A stretch of 64,000 bases of DNA from an uncultured delta proteobacterium (lineage in GTDB: Bacteria > Desulfobacterota > Binatia > HRBIN30 > BPIQ01), in contig CAVXGR010000006.1 of assembly GCA_963761335.1 (NCBI GenBank), forward strand, positions 1 to 64,000, in the 5' to 3' direction. Shown in pieces: positions 8,832 through 18,889 of this stretch (positions are counted from its first letter, which is position 1; the number at the start of each line of letters is the position of its first letter). A model generated the notes under the pieces. That model was not told the DNA's origin. It did not search any database and saw only the letters and a program-made list of their open reading frames with translations. Made by a program: the position numbers and the translations under genes.

Positions 8832-10733
8832 ATGAAGGACGCAACCGAAGCGACGCGCGCCGCGAACCGGGCGGCGCTGGCACAGCTGCCGCTTGCCGAT
8901 CAACAATCGTTCGAAGATGCGGGGCGCGGCTTCGTCGAAGCGCTCGGCGACCGGTTGATCACGCGCGCCGATGGCCGTCTGGTGTGGACGCTCCAAGGCT
9001 ATGAGTTTCTCGCCAGCGAGAAGCCCCCCGACACCGTTCATCCGGCCTTGTGGCGGCACGCCCGGGTGAACATGGCCAACGGCCTGTACCGGGTGACGGA
9101 TCGCGTCTACCAGCTTCGCGGCTTCGACGTGTCCAACATGACGATCATCGAGGGCGACAGCGGTCTCATCGTGATCGACCCGCTGATCTCGACCGAGGTC
9201 GCCCAGGCGGCGATGGATCTGTACCGGAAGCATCGGCCGAAGAGGCCAGTCGTCGCGGTCATCTATTCGCACAGCCACATCGACCACTTCGGCGGCGTTC
9301 GCGGAGTCGTCAGCGGCGACGAGGTGGCAGCCGGCAAGGTGACGATCTGGGCGCCCGCGGGCTTCATGGCCGCGGCCGTCGGCGAAAACGTCATCGCCGG
9401 CAACGCCATGCTGCGGCGCGCCCTGTTCCAGTTCGGCGCGATGCTGCCGCGCGGCGAACGCGGGCAGATCGATACCGGGCTCGGCAAGAGCGTCTCGCTC
9501 GGCACGGTCACGCTGATTGCGCCCACCAACCTGATCGAAAAGCCGATCGAGGTGCACCGGATCGACGGCGTCGAGATCATCTTCGAGCTGACCCCAGATG
9601 CCGAGGCGCCAGCCGAGCTGATCATGTACTACCCGCAGCTCCGTGTTCTCAACATGACCGAAATTACCACGCAGAATTTCCACAACCTGTTGCCGATGCG
9701 CGGCGCGCTGGTGCGCGACTCGCTCGCATGGTCGAAGTACATCGGCGGTGCGCTGCACCGTTACGGCGCGTCAAGCGATATCCTGATCGCGCAACACAAC
9801 TGGCCGGTATGGAGCGGCGATCGCGTGCGCGCCTTCTTGCGCAAGCAGCGCGACGCCTACAAGTTCGTGCACGATCAGACGGTGCGCTTGATGAACCGCG
9901 GTTACGTTGGCGCCGAGATCGCCGAGCTGGTCAAGCTGCCGGCAAGCCTCAACCAGGAATGGTCGACGCATTCGTTCTATGGCAGCCTCAAGCACAACGT
10001 CAAGGCGATCTACCAGCGCTACCTGGGCTACTATGACGGGAATCCCGCGAACCTCGATGCGCTGCCGCCGGTGGAGGCGGCCAAGAAGAGCGTCGAGTAC
10101 ATGGGCGGCGCCGAAGCGGTGCTCGCCAAGGCACGCCGGGACTACGGGCGCGCCGAGTACCGCTGGGTTGCTCAAGTGGCCTCGCAGCTCGTGTTCGCCG
10201 ATCCGGCCAATCGCGAGGCGCGCGAGCTTGCTGCCGATGCGCTCGAGCAGCTGGGCTACCAGGCCGAATCGGCGACGGCGCGAAACGCCTACCTGCAGGG
10301 CGCCTTCGAGCTGCGCAACGGCGTGCCCACCCTTCCCGGCGGCACCGGCGCGGCGCCGGACATCATCCGCTCGCTTCCGCTCGACCTCTACTTCGACTTC
10401 ATGGCCGTGCGGCTCGACGGCGACAAGGCCGCCGGCAAGAGCATTGTGCTCAACTGGCGGTTCACCGACACCAGGCAGGACTATGTGCTCAACCTGGAGA
10501 ACAGCGCCCTCACTTGCGTGCCCGACTCGCAGGCCGATGGTGCCGACGCGACACTGACGTTGACCCGCGCGACGCTGGACGAGATCTCGCTGGGGCGGAC
10601 CACCTTCCCTGCCGCCTTGCAGTCCGGGCAGATCGCCGTCGTAGGGAGGGGCGAAAAACTCATCGAGCTGCTGGAAATGCTGGATACGTTCCCGCTGCGC
10701 TTCCCGGTTGTCGAGCCGCGCCCGACGCCGTGA
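8832..10733 (+). CDS. Alkyl/aryl sulfatase (SdsA/BDS1 family; MBL fold, dimerisation and SCP2-like domains)
   Basis: AGGAG RBS, HSHIDHFGG metallo-beta-lactamase motif, YQLRGFDVSNMT, HNLLPMRGALVRD, GYYDGNPANL. Confidence 0.92.
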   Translation: MKDATEATRAANRAALAQLPLADQQSFEDAGRGFVEALGDRLITRADGRLVWTLQGYEFLASEKPPDTVHPALWRHARVNMANGLYRVTDRVYQLRGFDVSNMTIIEGDSGLIVIDPLISTEVAQAAMDLYRKHRPKRPVVAVIYSHSHIDHFGGVRGVVSGDEVAAGKVTIWAPAGFMAAAVGENVIAGNAMLRRALFQFGAMLPRGERGQIDTGLGKSVSLGTVTLIAPTNLIEKPIEVHRIDGVEIIFELTPDAEAPAELIMYYPQLRVLNMTEITTQNFHNLLPMRGALVRDSLAWSKYIGGALHRYGASSDILIAQHNWPVWSGDRVRAFLRKQRDAYKFVHDQTVRLMNRGYVGAEIAELVKLPASLNQEWSTHSFYGSLKHNVKAIYQRYLGYYDGNPANLDALPPVEAAKKSVEYMGGAEAVLAKARRDYGRAEYRWVAQVASQLVFADPANREARELAADALEQLGYQAESATARNAYLQGAFELRNGVPTLPGGTGAAPDIIRSLPLDLYFDFMAVRLDGDKAAGKSIVLNWRFTDTRQDYVLNLENSALTCVPDSQADGADATLTLTRATLDEISLGRTTFPAALQSGQIAVVGRGEKLIELLEMLDTFPLRFPVVEPRPTP

Positions 10734-10787
10734 GGCGGGCGTGCCTGCACCCCGGAATGGCAGCAGCCGCGACCTGCCGCGCCGGGC

Positions 10788-11868
10788 TCAGGGCTTTTCG
10801 CCGGTGCTGGTCGGGTATTTCTTCGCTTGCCAGGCCCCAAAGCCCTCCTCGAGCACGGTGACGTCCTTGAATCCCTTTTCCATCAGCAGGCGCGCCAGTG
10901 TGCCCGACTCGGCGCGCGGGCATGAGCAGTAGGCGACCAGCCAGGCGTCCTTGGGCAGCTGGTCGTAGTACGGGCTCGGATCGTAAAAGGGCACACTGAC
11001 GGCGCCGGCGATGTGCTCGCGGATGTAGTCGGAGGGAGCGCGGGCGTCCAGGAGCGCCAGGCGCGCGCCGCGGTCGAGCTCCCTTCTTGATCACTTCGAG
11101 CGGCGTACCGGACGGGTAGGTCTTGAAGCCGTTGGCTGGAGGGCCGCCGGGGTTGAGCGGCACCGGCCCCAGGGGGATCGGCGGCGGGTGCACCACGTCG
11201 CGGCCCGCCGCAGCCGCTGGCGCCTTCCAGCTCGCCAGCAGCGCCAGGAGATCTTCGATGCTGGCGTCGCCGAGCTTGCTTGCGAATCCGGGCATGAGGG
11301 TGCCGGGGCGGCCGACGCGTATCGCGTAGCGGAGAAATCCGACGCTGGCGCTCGAGAGCAGCTCGCGCCCACCGATCTGGATGTACGGCCCACCCGTTCC
11401 CTTGGCACCGTGACAGCGCGCGCACTCTTTGGCGAACACGGCCTCGCCGCGGCGGGCCTCGCCGGCGGCGGGGTGTCCGTCGAGCGATACGCGCGGGCGG
11501 GTATCCCAGCTCCTCAGGAAGGCGACCAGCGCATTCACGTCGCCTGCGTCGAGAGGGCCTCCGCGCAGCTTCGACCAAGCCGACATCGTCGACCCGGGTC
11601 GACCGTCGCTGATCGCGTAGCGCAGATACGCGTCGCTCACGGAAGCCAGAAAATCGGGTTGCGCCAGCCGCGGCGCACGGTCGGCCCGATAGCCTTCGCC
11701 GGACTCACCGTGGCACACGGCGCACATCTGAAGATAGAGATCGTGCCCGCGTTGGGCCTCGGCGTTGAGCTTGGTCTCGTGGCGCTTGCACGCCGGCAGA
11801 GCGAACGCGAAAGAGCTCAGAAGAATGGCCAGCGGGACGAATCGACGCATCGACAACATTCGCTTCAC
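10788..11868 (-). pseudogene. Di-heme cytochrome c::rhodanese fusion interrupted by a single frameshift near 11082
   Basis: Signal/lipoprotein-like N-terminus, CAVCH and CARCH heme motifs. After ATC AAG AAG G the next frame reads ELDRGARLALLDARAPSDYIREHIAGAVSVPF...AYCSCPRAES...VLEEGFGAW to the stop at 10788. Confidence 0.75.
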
Positions 11869-11877
11869 GGGGATGGC

Positions 11878-13884
11878 CTATGGCGATGGCGTCCGACTCG
11901 GCGCCGGGCTCGGCGAGCCGCCGCGATGGGGCCAGCGGAAGGCGTTGTTGCTGCGGTCCTTGTCGGGGAGCACCTTGTCGGGGTCGACGGTTGCGGAGAC
12001 GATTGGCCGATCGCTGTCCAGATACAGCGTGCTGAGCCGCTTCTGAATCCACGTCTCGGCGGGGAGGCGCACCCGCGTGTGGGTGCCGTCGTTGAAATCC
12101 ACCTCGACCGTCGCCGGCAGGACCACGGGATCCAGGTTCTCGATGGTCACCTCGGCTCCCTTGGCGGGATCGCCGTCCACGTAGGCGACGCCCTTGACCG
12201 CGAGATCCAGCGTCCAGTTGTTCATGAACCAGCCGCGCCAGAACCAGGAGAGATCCTCACCGCCCTCGCTCTCCATGGCGCGAAAGAAGTCCGACGGCGT
12301 GGGATGGCGGAAGGCCCATTTGCGGATGAACCGGCGAAAGGCGGGGTCGAAGCGCTCCGGCCCCAGGATCTGCTCGCGCAGCAGCACGAGTCCCAGAGCG
12401 GCTTTGAAGTAGGTGACCGGGTGCCGGTACTTCTCCGGAATGGTATCGGGCCGCGACATGATGACGGGCGCATCGCTGTCGGCCAGCAGCGGCAGAATCT
12501 CCTCGACCGGATTGCCGCCGCCGGGAGCGTACTCGGAATCCCGCTTGGGGCCGTACACGCCGTTCTCGAATGCCTCGGATTCGTAAGTGTCGATGAAGGT
12601 GTTGAAGCCTTCGTCCATCCACGCGTCGCGGCGCTCGTCGAAGCCGACCACCATGGGGAACCAGGTGTGCCCGATCTCGTGCGCGGTGATCCAGAAGAGA
12701 TCCTTCCCCTTGTCCTTGATGCCGTTGAAGACCAGACCCGGATACTCCATGCCGGCGGTGCCGCCGGCCACGTTGATCGCCGTGGGGTACGGATAGGGAA
12801 ACCACTGGCGAGAGAACTCCTCGGTGGCGTGCTTGAGGTATTCGGTCGAGCGTCCCCAGGCCGTCTCTCCGGCGCTCTCCGCCGGATAGAACGACATCGC
12901 CAGCGCCCGCCCGCCGCCGGGAAGCTGGATGCGGGCGGCGTCCCACGCAAATGCCGCAGAGGCGCTGAAGGCGACGTCGCGTGTCTGCTCCATTTGAAAA
13001 TGCCAGGTCAGTGTCCCCTGCCGGGTCGGCCGGGTGGCGGGATCGCCGATTTCCGCGGGGGTTCGAATCATCACGGCGCGATCGCTGGCGCGCGCCTGCT
13101 CCAGCCGCTGGCGCTGCGCCGCGGTCAGCACCTCCTGCGGGTTCTGCAGCTCGCCCGAGCCGGCGACGAGCATGTCCCAGGGAACGGTGACGTAGTAGTC
13201 GAACTTGCCGTACTCGAGGTAGAACTCCTGCGCCAGGTAGGGGAGGGTGTCCCAGCCGCGCAGGTCGTCGTAGACCGCCATCCGCGGGTACCATTGCGCG
13301 ATGTCGTAGACGTCGCCCTTCTCCGTGTGCACCCAGGAGGTGCGGCCGCCGAACAGACCGGGGACCGTGTAGTGATAGCGGATGTGCACGCGGATATGCC
13401 CGCCGCCGGCGCGGAGCGGCTCGGGGAGGTGGATCTGCACGCGCGTGTCGGAGACCAGGTAGTCGGCCGGCGTCTCTGTCTTCCCGGTCTCGAGCTTCAC
13501 GTCGTCGAGGGCGAAGCCCTCGGTGAACTCGACGCGTCGCTCGCTCTGCGCGGCGACGGAGCGCGCATCCCTGCGGTAGGCGTTCTGATCGAGCTGGATC
13601 CACAGGCTGTCCAGATCGCCCGGACTGTTGTTGGTGTAGGTGATGATCTCGCTGGCGCTCAGCTGTCGGGTCGCCGGGTCGAGCGAGGCGCGAATCTCGT
13701 AGTCGGCGCGGTTCTGCCAGTAATCCGGTCCGGGCGTGCCGTCGGCGGAGCGATATCGGTTGACCGGCTGGGGGAAGGTCAGCGGCGCGAAGGCCGTCTG
13801 CGGGTCATAGGCGGCGCCGGCCGCGGCGGTGGCGAGCAATGCAGCGCTCGCCAGCAGCAGAGCGGGATTCGGTCTGTGGGACAT
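11878..13884 (-). CDS. Secreted M1-family metallo-aminopeptidase
   Basis: Signal peptide, AGMEYP, HEIGH...WMDEGFNTF zinc motif. Confidence 0.92.
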   Translation of the reverse strand: MSHRPNPALLLASAALLATAAAGAAYDPQTAFAPLTFPQPVNRYRSADGTPGPDYWQNRADYEIRASLDPATRQLSASEIITYTNNSPGDLDSLWIQLDQNAYRRDARSVAAQSERRVEFTEGFALDDVKLETGKTETPADYLVSDTRVQIHLPEPLRAGGGHIRVHIRYHYTVPGLFGGRTSWVHTEKGDVYDIAQWYPRMAVYDDLRGWDTLPYLAQEFYLEYGKFDYYVTVPWDMLVAGSGELQNPQEVLTAAQRQRLEQARASDRAVMIRTPAEIGDPATRPTRQGTLTWHFQMEQTRDVAFSASAAFAWDAARIQLPGGGRALAMSFYPAESAGETAWGRSTEYLKHATEEFSRQWFPYPYPTAINVAGGTAGMEYPGLVFNGIKDKGKDLFWITAHEIGHTWFPMVVGFDERRDAWMDEGFNTFIDTYESEAFENGVYGPKRDSEYAPGGGNPVEEILPLLADSDAPVIMSRPDTIPEKYRHPVTYFKAALGLVLLREQILGPERFDPAFRRFIRKWAFRHPTPSDFFRAMESEGGEDLSWFWRGWFMNNWTLDLAVKGVAYVDGDPAKGAEVTIENLDPVVLPATVEVDFNDGTHTRVRLPAETWIQKRLSTLYLDSDRPIVSATVDPDKVLPDKDRSNNAFRWPHRGGSPSPAPSRTPSP

Positions 13885-14020
13885 GGAGGTGCATCACATC
13901 ACAGTTGCCGGGGATCGCTGCAAGAGGAACGGCCCGAGTCTCCCCGGGGAGCGGCCGGGCCGGCCGCGGTCCAGGGGGCGTCGACAAGGCGATGCGGGGG
14001 TGCAGAATGGGAGACGGGAG

Positions 14021-14416
14021 ATGGCGCTGAAAACGAAATCGGTGTGGTCGGCGATCGAGAGCGGCGACGGCCTGCGACTCCTGGTCAGCCGGTTTCGCGG
14101 ACGCGGTATGCCGACGACGCGCTACGACGTGTGGATGGCCAGCCTCGGGCCGAGCGAGCGGCTCCTGCGCGATTTCCAGGGGGGACGGGTGTCTTGGGCG
14201 CAATTCAAGCGCAGGTATACCGAGGATCTCTTTGCCGGCGGCGGAGTCGACGACGACAACCGGACGATCAAGAATCACGGGCAGAAGTTCACGCTGCGGC
14301 TCATCAAGGAGCTGGCGCGGGGCCGGGACGTGACTCTGCTCTGCCAGTGCGCCGAGGAGCAGGAGCACTGCCACCGGCACGTGCTGCAGAAGATCATTTC
14401 GAGCGGGCGGGTCTGA
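14021..14416 (+). CDS. DUF488-family protein
   Basis: DGLRLLVSR...DVWMASLGPSERLL...FKRRY...VTLLCQC...HCHRHVL; GGGAG RBS. Confidence 0.75.
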   Translation: MALKTKSVWSAIESGDGLRLLVSRFRGRGMPTTRYDVWMASLGPSERLLRDFQGGRVSWAQFKRRYTEDLFAGGGVDDDNRTIKNHGQKFTLRLIKELARGRDVTLLCQCAEEQEHCHRHVLQKIISSGRV

Positions 14417-14519
14417 GGGGACCCGGCGGGACCGACCGCCGATGGCCGCAGCTCCGTGGAGAAGAGCGAACCGCCGGACTACCGCTCATCCCCTCTCCCC
14501 TTCTCGCCGCCCCGACCGG

Positions 14520-15206
14520 CTACCAGAGGCCGCGCATGAGGCGCCAGGGGGTCTGCTGCATGTAGCTCGGATAGGCGGCGCCGCGCGCCGCGATGAGCTG
14601 GCCCTCTTCGACCGGGATGAAGGCGACGAAGGTGCTGCCGATCAAGGCGCACCACAGGGCCTGCGCGAGGTTGGTGTGAATCAGGATCGAGCAGAGCCCC
14701 GCCGCGAGCACGGCGCGGTACATCGGATGTCTCACCTGGGCGTACTGCCCCTCCGTCATCAGCGGCGTCTCGGAGCCGTGGGAGAACGACATCGGCGATC
14801 CGGGAACGGCCAGCATTCCATCCAGCATGCCGAAGCTCATCCCCTCGAAAAAGGCGACGACGCAGAAGACGAAGCCCACCGTTGCCGCGAATTGCACCGG
14901 CGAGGCGAGCGCCACCCCCGGTCCGGGCAGGGGGCGGTGCAACCACAGCAACGCCAGCCAGGTGGTGACCGCGATCGATATATAGATTCGCCGCTCGGTC
15001 GGTGAGCCCGCCGGCGAGCCGTACACCGCCCGCTTGAACCAGCCGCGGGTCATGATCAGATGCGGTGTGACCCAGGCGGCGTAGAGAACGATGTCGGACA
15101 GATAGTTTCCCCACGATGCCGCCGGATCATAGCGAAAACCGTAAAGCACCGCGCCAAAGATGGAGAACACCCCGAAGTAGCCGAAGACGCGATATGCAGT
15201 GGCCAT
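14520..15206 (-). CDS. Membrane isoprenylcysteine carboxylmethyltransferase-family protein (NnrU/MddA-like)
   Basis: Multiple TM helices, GQYAQVRHPMY, EEGQL...GAAYPSYMQQTP; GGAG before ATG 15206. Confidence 0.75.
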   Translation of the reverse strand: MATAYRVFGYFGVFSIFGAVLYGFRYDPAASWGNYLSDIVLYAAWVTPHLIMTRGWFKRAVYGSPAGSPTERRIYISIAVTTWLALLWLHRPLPGPGVALASPVQFAATVGFVFCVVAFFEGMSFGMLDGMLAVPGSPMSFSHGSETPLMTEGQYAQVRHPMYRAVLAAGLCSILIHTNLAQALWCALIGSTFVAFIPVEEGQLIAARGAAYPSYMQQTPWRLMRGLW

Positions 15207-15369
15207 GATGCTCTCCATCGCCGATTTGGGTTGTCGATTGCGGTCATCGTATGGCACCTCAGAAGAGGGTGTCAACGCCGATTTCGCTGCAAGAGGGGCG
15301 GCTGGTGCCCGGATGGGTTTGGAGAGCGGCGGCGCGACTGCTAGAGCACGGCGCGGCGCAGGTGCTTTG

Positions 15370-15591
15370 ATGGACAGCAGCTCCTGGTTGATCTGGTCAT
15401 CGTTCATATCGCTGCTCGGCATGGCGGTGTTCGTCTTCGGCCGCAAGCGACGGCTGGTGGTGCCGACGCTGGTCGGCGTGACACTCATGATCTACCCGTA
15501 CTTCGTCTCCAACCTCATGGCGCTGCTCGGCATCGCCGTTCTGCTCATTGCCGCGCTGGTGATGGGGAGCCGCTACGAGGGCAGTCTGTGA
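15370..15591 (+). CDS. Small two-to-three-TM membrane protein
   Basis: MDSSSWLIWSSFISLLGMAVFVFGRK...LMIYPYFVSN, a hydrophobic 73-aa ORF directly upstream of the next gene. Confidence 0.65.
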   Translation: MDSSSWLIWSSFISLLGMAVFVFGRKRRLVVPTLVGVTLMIYPYFVSNLMALLGIAVLLIAALVMGSRYEGSL

Positions 15592-15613
15592 AAGGGCATT
15601 CGGAGGGCGACAT

Positions 15614-16810
15614 ATGACGATCGACAGGTTCTGCGGGCACTCGGCCGGTGCGGCTCCCGGTCTCATCCGCATCCTGGCGCTGGCGCTCCTCGGCTCCGTG
15701 ATCGGCTGCGGCGGCGGCAACACCGGTTCCGCCGGCGCCTTCGCGGTGGGCACGAGCACTCCCTCGTTGGCGCCGACGCCCACGGCGACGCCAGCGGCCG
15801 TTCTCTTCGTCAGCACCGCCGGAAACGACGCCAACCCCGGGGACCGCTCGCACCCGCTGCGCACTATCGGCGGCGCCGCCGCGACGGCCCCCGACTCGGG
15901 CACCATCGTGGTGGCGCCCGGTACCTATGCGGAAGCGGTGACCACCTCGCGGCCGCAGGGCGCGGCACAGGGCCTGACTTTCATCGCCGATTCGACCGGT
16001 GAGCTGTCCGGCGTGCTGCCGGGCAACGTGACTATCCAGGCGCCGGGGGGCGGCGGCGTCCCGGCGTTCGAGATCGCCGGTTCCGCTGGAACGATCGTCG
16101 AGGGCTTCTTGGTCACCGGCGCGGAGGCTGACGGTATCGCCGTGGTCGACAGTGATGGGGTTCGGGTGCAGAGCTGCGTTGCCGCCGCCAATTCGGGAGC
16201 CGACGCCGCCGGCATTCGCCTTGCGGGATCCGCCAACGTGCTGCTGTTCAACAACCTGATCTTCCGCAATGGTGGCCCCGGCATCGCCATCGGCGGCGTG
16301 CCCGGTTCGGCGGGAGCCCGGCTGATCAACAATACCATCTACGCCAACCAGGAGGGTGGCGTGATCGTCGGCGCCGCCAACGCCGCCTCGCCGGGCGCGA
16401 GCCTGCGCAACAACATTCTGGTGAACAACGGCAACTTTGCCGACGCCCCATACAACATCGCCGTAACCGGGGATCCGGGCAGCGCCGACGGCTTCACCGC
16501 CGACTTCGACGCCGTCTTTCCGCCGACCTATCTGCCCACCAGCGCTCGCGGCCACAACGACGTCGACGCGGATCCGCTCCTGGCCGATCCCGACAATGCA
16601 GTGATGCCGGATTTCCGGGTCGTCGACGGCAGCCCGGCGGTCGATGCGGGCACGCGCTCGCTGAACGATTCGAGCCTTGGCGATTGTCTTCGCGACTGGC
16701 CGGCCGTGCTCGGGGCGCGCTCCGATCCGGCCCAGCTCGATCTCGGCTTCCACTACCCCGACGGCACCCTTGCAGAAGTCCACTGCGGCATTGCCTTGCC
16801 GGCCTTCTGA
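15614..16810 (+). CDS. Lipoprotein with right-handed parallel beta-helix (DUF1565/pectin-lyase-like)
   Basis: Lipobox-like VIGC, FVSTAGNDANPG...PLRTI, VAPGTYAE, NNLIFRN/NNTIYAN/NNILVNN repeats, SPAVDAG; GGAGG RBS. Confidence 0.8.
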   Translation: MTIDRFCGHSAGAAPGLIRILALALLGSVIGCGGGNTGSAGAFAVGTSTPSLAPTPTATPAAVLFVSTAGNDANPGDRSHPLRTIGGAAATAPDSGTIVVAPGTYAEAVTTSRPQGAAQGLTFIADSTGELSGVLPGNVTIQAPGGGGVPAFEIAGSAGTIVEGFLVTGAEADGIAVVDSDGVRVQSCVAAANSGADAAGIRLAGSANVLLFNNLIFRNGGPGIAIGGVPGSAGARLINNTIYANQEGGVIVGAANAASPGASLRNNILVNNGNFADAPYNIAVTGDPGSADGFTADFDAVFPPTYLPTSARGHNDVDADPLLADPDNAVMPDFRVVDGSPAVDAGTRSLNDSSLGDCLRDWPAVLGARSDPAQLDLGFHYPDGTLAEVHCGIALPAF

Positions 16811-17948
16811 CGTCCGCGGCCGGTGCGACGCCCGCTTTGCGGCGGTGCGTGAGGCGCTGGCGGCCAACTTCCGCGAGCGCGGCGAGCTGGGAGCGGCGGT
16901 CGCCATCGCCTGCGAGGGCCGCACCGTCGTCGATCTCTGGGGCGGCTGGATGGACGAGGGGCGCACGCGGCCCTGGAGACGCGACACGCTCGTCGACGTC
17001 TTCTCGGTGGGCAAGCCGATGGCGGCGCTCTGCATTCTCATGCTCGTCGAACGCGGGCGCATCGATCTCGAGGCGCCGGTGGCGCGCTACTGGCCCGAGT
17101 TCGCAGCGCGCGGAAAGGGCGCGGTGAGCGTGCGCATGTTGCTCAGCCATCGCGCCGGCGTGCCGGCGATTCGCCAGGCGCTCGCCGACGGCGCCATGTA
17201 CGACTGGAATCTCATGACGGCGGCACTCGCCGATGAGGAGCCGTGGTGGCCGCTCGGAACCCGGCACGGCTATCACGTGAACACCTTCGGCTTCCTCGCC
17301 GGCGAGCTGGTGCGCCGCGCCAGCGGCGAGAGCATCGAGACCTTCTTCCGGCGCGAGATCGCTGCCCCGCGCGCCGCGGATTTCCACTTCGGCATCGGCC
17401 CGGAGCAGGATAGGCGGGTTGCCGATTACTGCTTTGCCGCCGAGACCTTCGCCGGCGAATCACCGCCGGGTGGGATCGACGACGAGGAGCGCCGCAGCCT
17501 GATGCGTTGGGTGTATTTCAACCCGACCGGCATCTCGGGCATCGGCACGGTCAACTCGCGCGCCTGGCGCGCCGCGGTGATGCCGTCGACCAACGGGCAC
17601 GCCAACGCGCGCGCCGTGGTGCGCATCTACAACGCGCTTCTGCCGGGAGCCCGCGGTCGACTCCTGGAGGCGGCGACCGTCGACGAAATCACCGCCGAGG
17701 CGGCCGCCGGCACCGACTTCGTCCTGCATCGTCCCTCGCGGTTCGGACTCGGCGTGCAGCTGACGCAGCCGGAGAGCCCGCTCGGGCCGAACCCGCGCAC
17801 CTTCGGCCACTTCGGCGCCGGCGGCTCGCTCGGCTTCGCCGACCCGGATGCGCAGATCGCCTTCGCCTACACCATGAACCGCTCCGGGCCGCGCTTCCGC
17901 AACCCGCGCGTGCGTTCCCTGATCGACGCCGTCTATGCCTCGCTGTGA
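16791..17948 (+). CDS. Serine hydrolase, beta-lactamase/family VIII esterase (EstA-like); start uncertain
   Basis: FSVGK (SxxK), LLSHRAG, HGYHVNTFG, FGHFGAGGSLGFADP. Confidence 0.88.
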   Translation: MPCRPSDVRGRCDARFAAVREALAANFRERGELGAAVAIACEGRTVVDLWGGWMDEGRTRPWRRDTLVDVFSVGKPMAALCILMLVERGRIDLEAPVARYWPEFAARGKGAVSVRMLLSHRAGVPAIRQALADGAMYDWNLMTAALADEEPWWPLGTRHGYHVNTFGFLAGELVRRASGESIETFFRREIAAPRAADFHFGIGPEQDRRVADYCFAAETFAGESPPGGIDDEERRSLMRWVYFNPTGISGIGTVNSRAWRAAVMPSTNGHANARAVVRIYNALLPGARGRLLEAATVDEITAEAAAGTDFVLHRPSRFGLGVQLTQPESPLGPNPRTFGHFGAGGSLGFADPDAQIAFAYTMNRSGPRFRNPRVRSLIDAVYASL

Positions 17949-18031
17949 GGTACGCGCCAATTCGAGCTGCGCCGCGGCGACGCCGCCGTTGTTTTGGCCG
18001 GCGGTTCTGGTTTAATCGCCTGGTCGCGGCC

Positions 18032-18889
18032 ATGACCTTCGAGAAGATCGAAATCCATCCCCTGTCGGGTGCGCTCGGCGCCGAGATCCGCGGCGTCGAT
18101 CTGGCGACGCCCCTCGACGATACGACCTTCGCCGAGATCCGTCGCGCTCTGGTCGACTGCGGCATCATCTGCTTCCGCGACCAGCGGCTGGCGCCGGCGC
18201 AGCAGGTCGCCTTCGCGCGGCGCTTCGGTCCGCTGGATGTCCATCCGATCGTCGAAGGCACCGAGGAGATCCCGGAGCTGGTGCGGGTTCTCAAGCCGGC
18301 CGGACAGTCCGCCAGCTTCGGCGTCGGCTGGCACTCCGACAACTCCTTCTTCGAGACCCCGAGCCTGGGCTCGGTGCTCTACGGTGTCACCATTCCACCA
18401 TACGGCGGCGACACGCTCTACGCCTCGATGGAGAGAGCCTATACGGCGCTCTCCGAGCCGATGAAGCAGTTCCTCGGCGGGCTGACCGCGGTGCACAGCG
18501 CCTCGCGGGCCTACGATCCGAAGGTCACGGGTGAGGCCAAGTACCGCGGGGAGGCGCCGATCAGCTACCGTTTCGATCAGCAGGCGATCTACTCCGAGGT
18601 GGAGCACCCGGTGATCCGCACTCATCCGGAGAGCGGACGCAAGAGCATCTACGTCAATCAGATGTTCACCCAGAGAATCGTCGGCCTCGCGGACGGCGAG
18701 AGCCGTGCGGTGCTCGCCTTTCTCTACGAGCACGGCGCGCGGCCGGAGTTCACCTGCCGGCTGCGCTGGCAGCCGGGGACGGTGGCGATGTGGGACAACC
18801 GCTCCGTGCAGCATTACGCCGTCGACGACTACCAGGAGTACGAGCGGCTGATGTTTCGGGTGACGATCCGCGGAGACCGTCCGGCTTGA
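18032..18889 (+). CDS. TauD/TfdA-family 2OG-Fe(II) dioxygenase
   Basis: GALGAEIRGVDL, WHSDNSF, GGDTLY, HPVIRTHPESGRK, WDNRSVQH. Confidence 0.92.
   Translation: MTFEKIEIHPLSGALGAEIRGVDLATPLDDTTFAEIRRALVDCGIICFRDQRLAPAQQVAFARRFGPLDVHPIVEGTEEIPELVRVLKPAGQSASFGVGWHSDNSFFETPSLGSVLYGVTIPPYGGDTLYASMERAYTALSEPMKQFLGGLTAVHSASRAYDPKVTGEAKYRGEAPISYRFDQQAIYSEVEHPVIRTHPESGRKSIYVNQMFTQRIVGLADGESRAVLAFLYEHGARPEFTCRLRWQPGTVAMWDNRSVQHYAVDDYQEYERLMFRVTIRGDRPA

Noticed and set aside
11188..14565. 1125-aa plus-strand ORF
   Set aside because: Antisense shadow of the M1 peptidase and cytochrome genes. It has no motifs and is expected in high-GC DNA.
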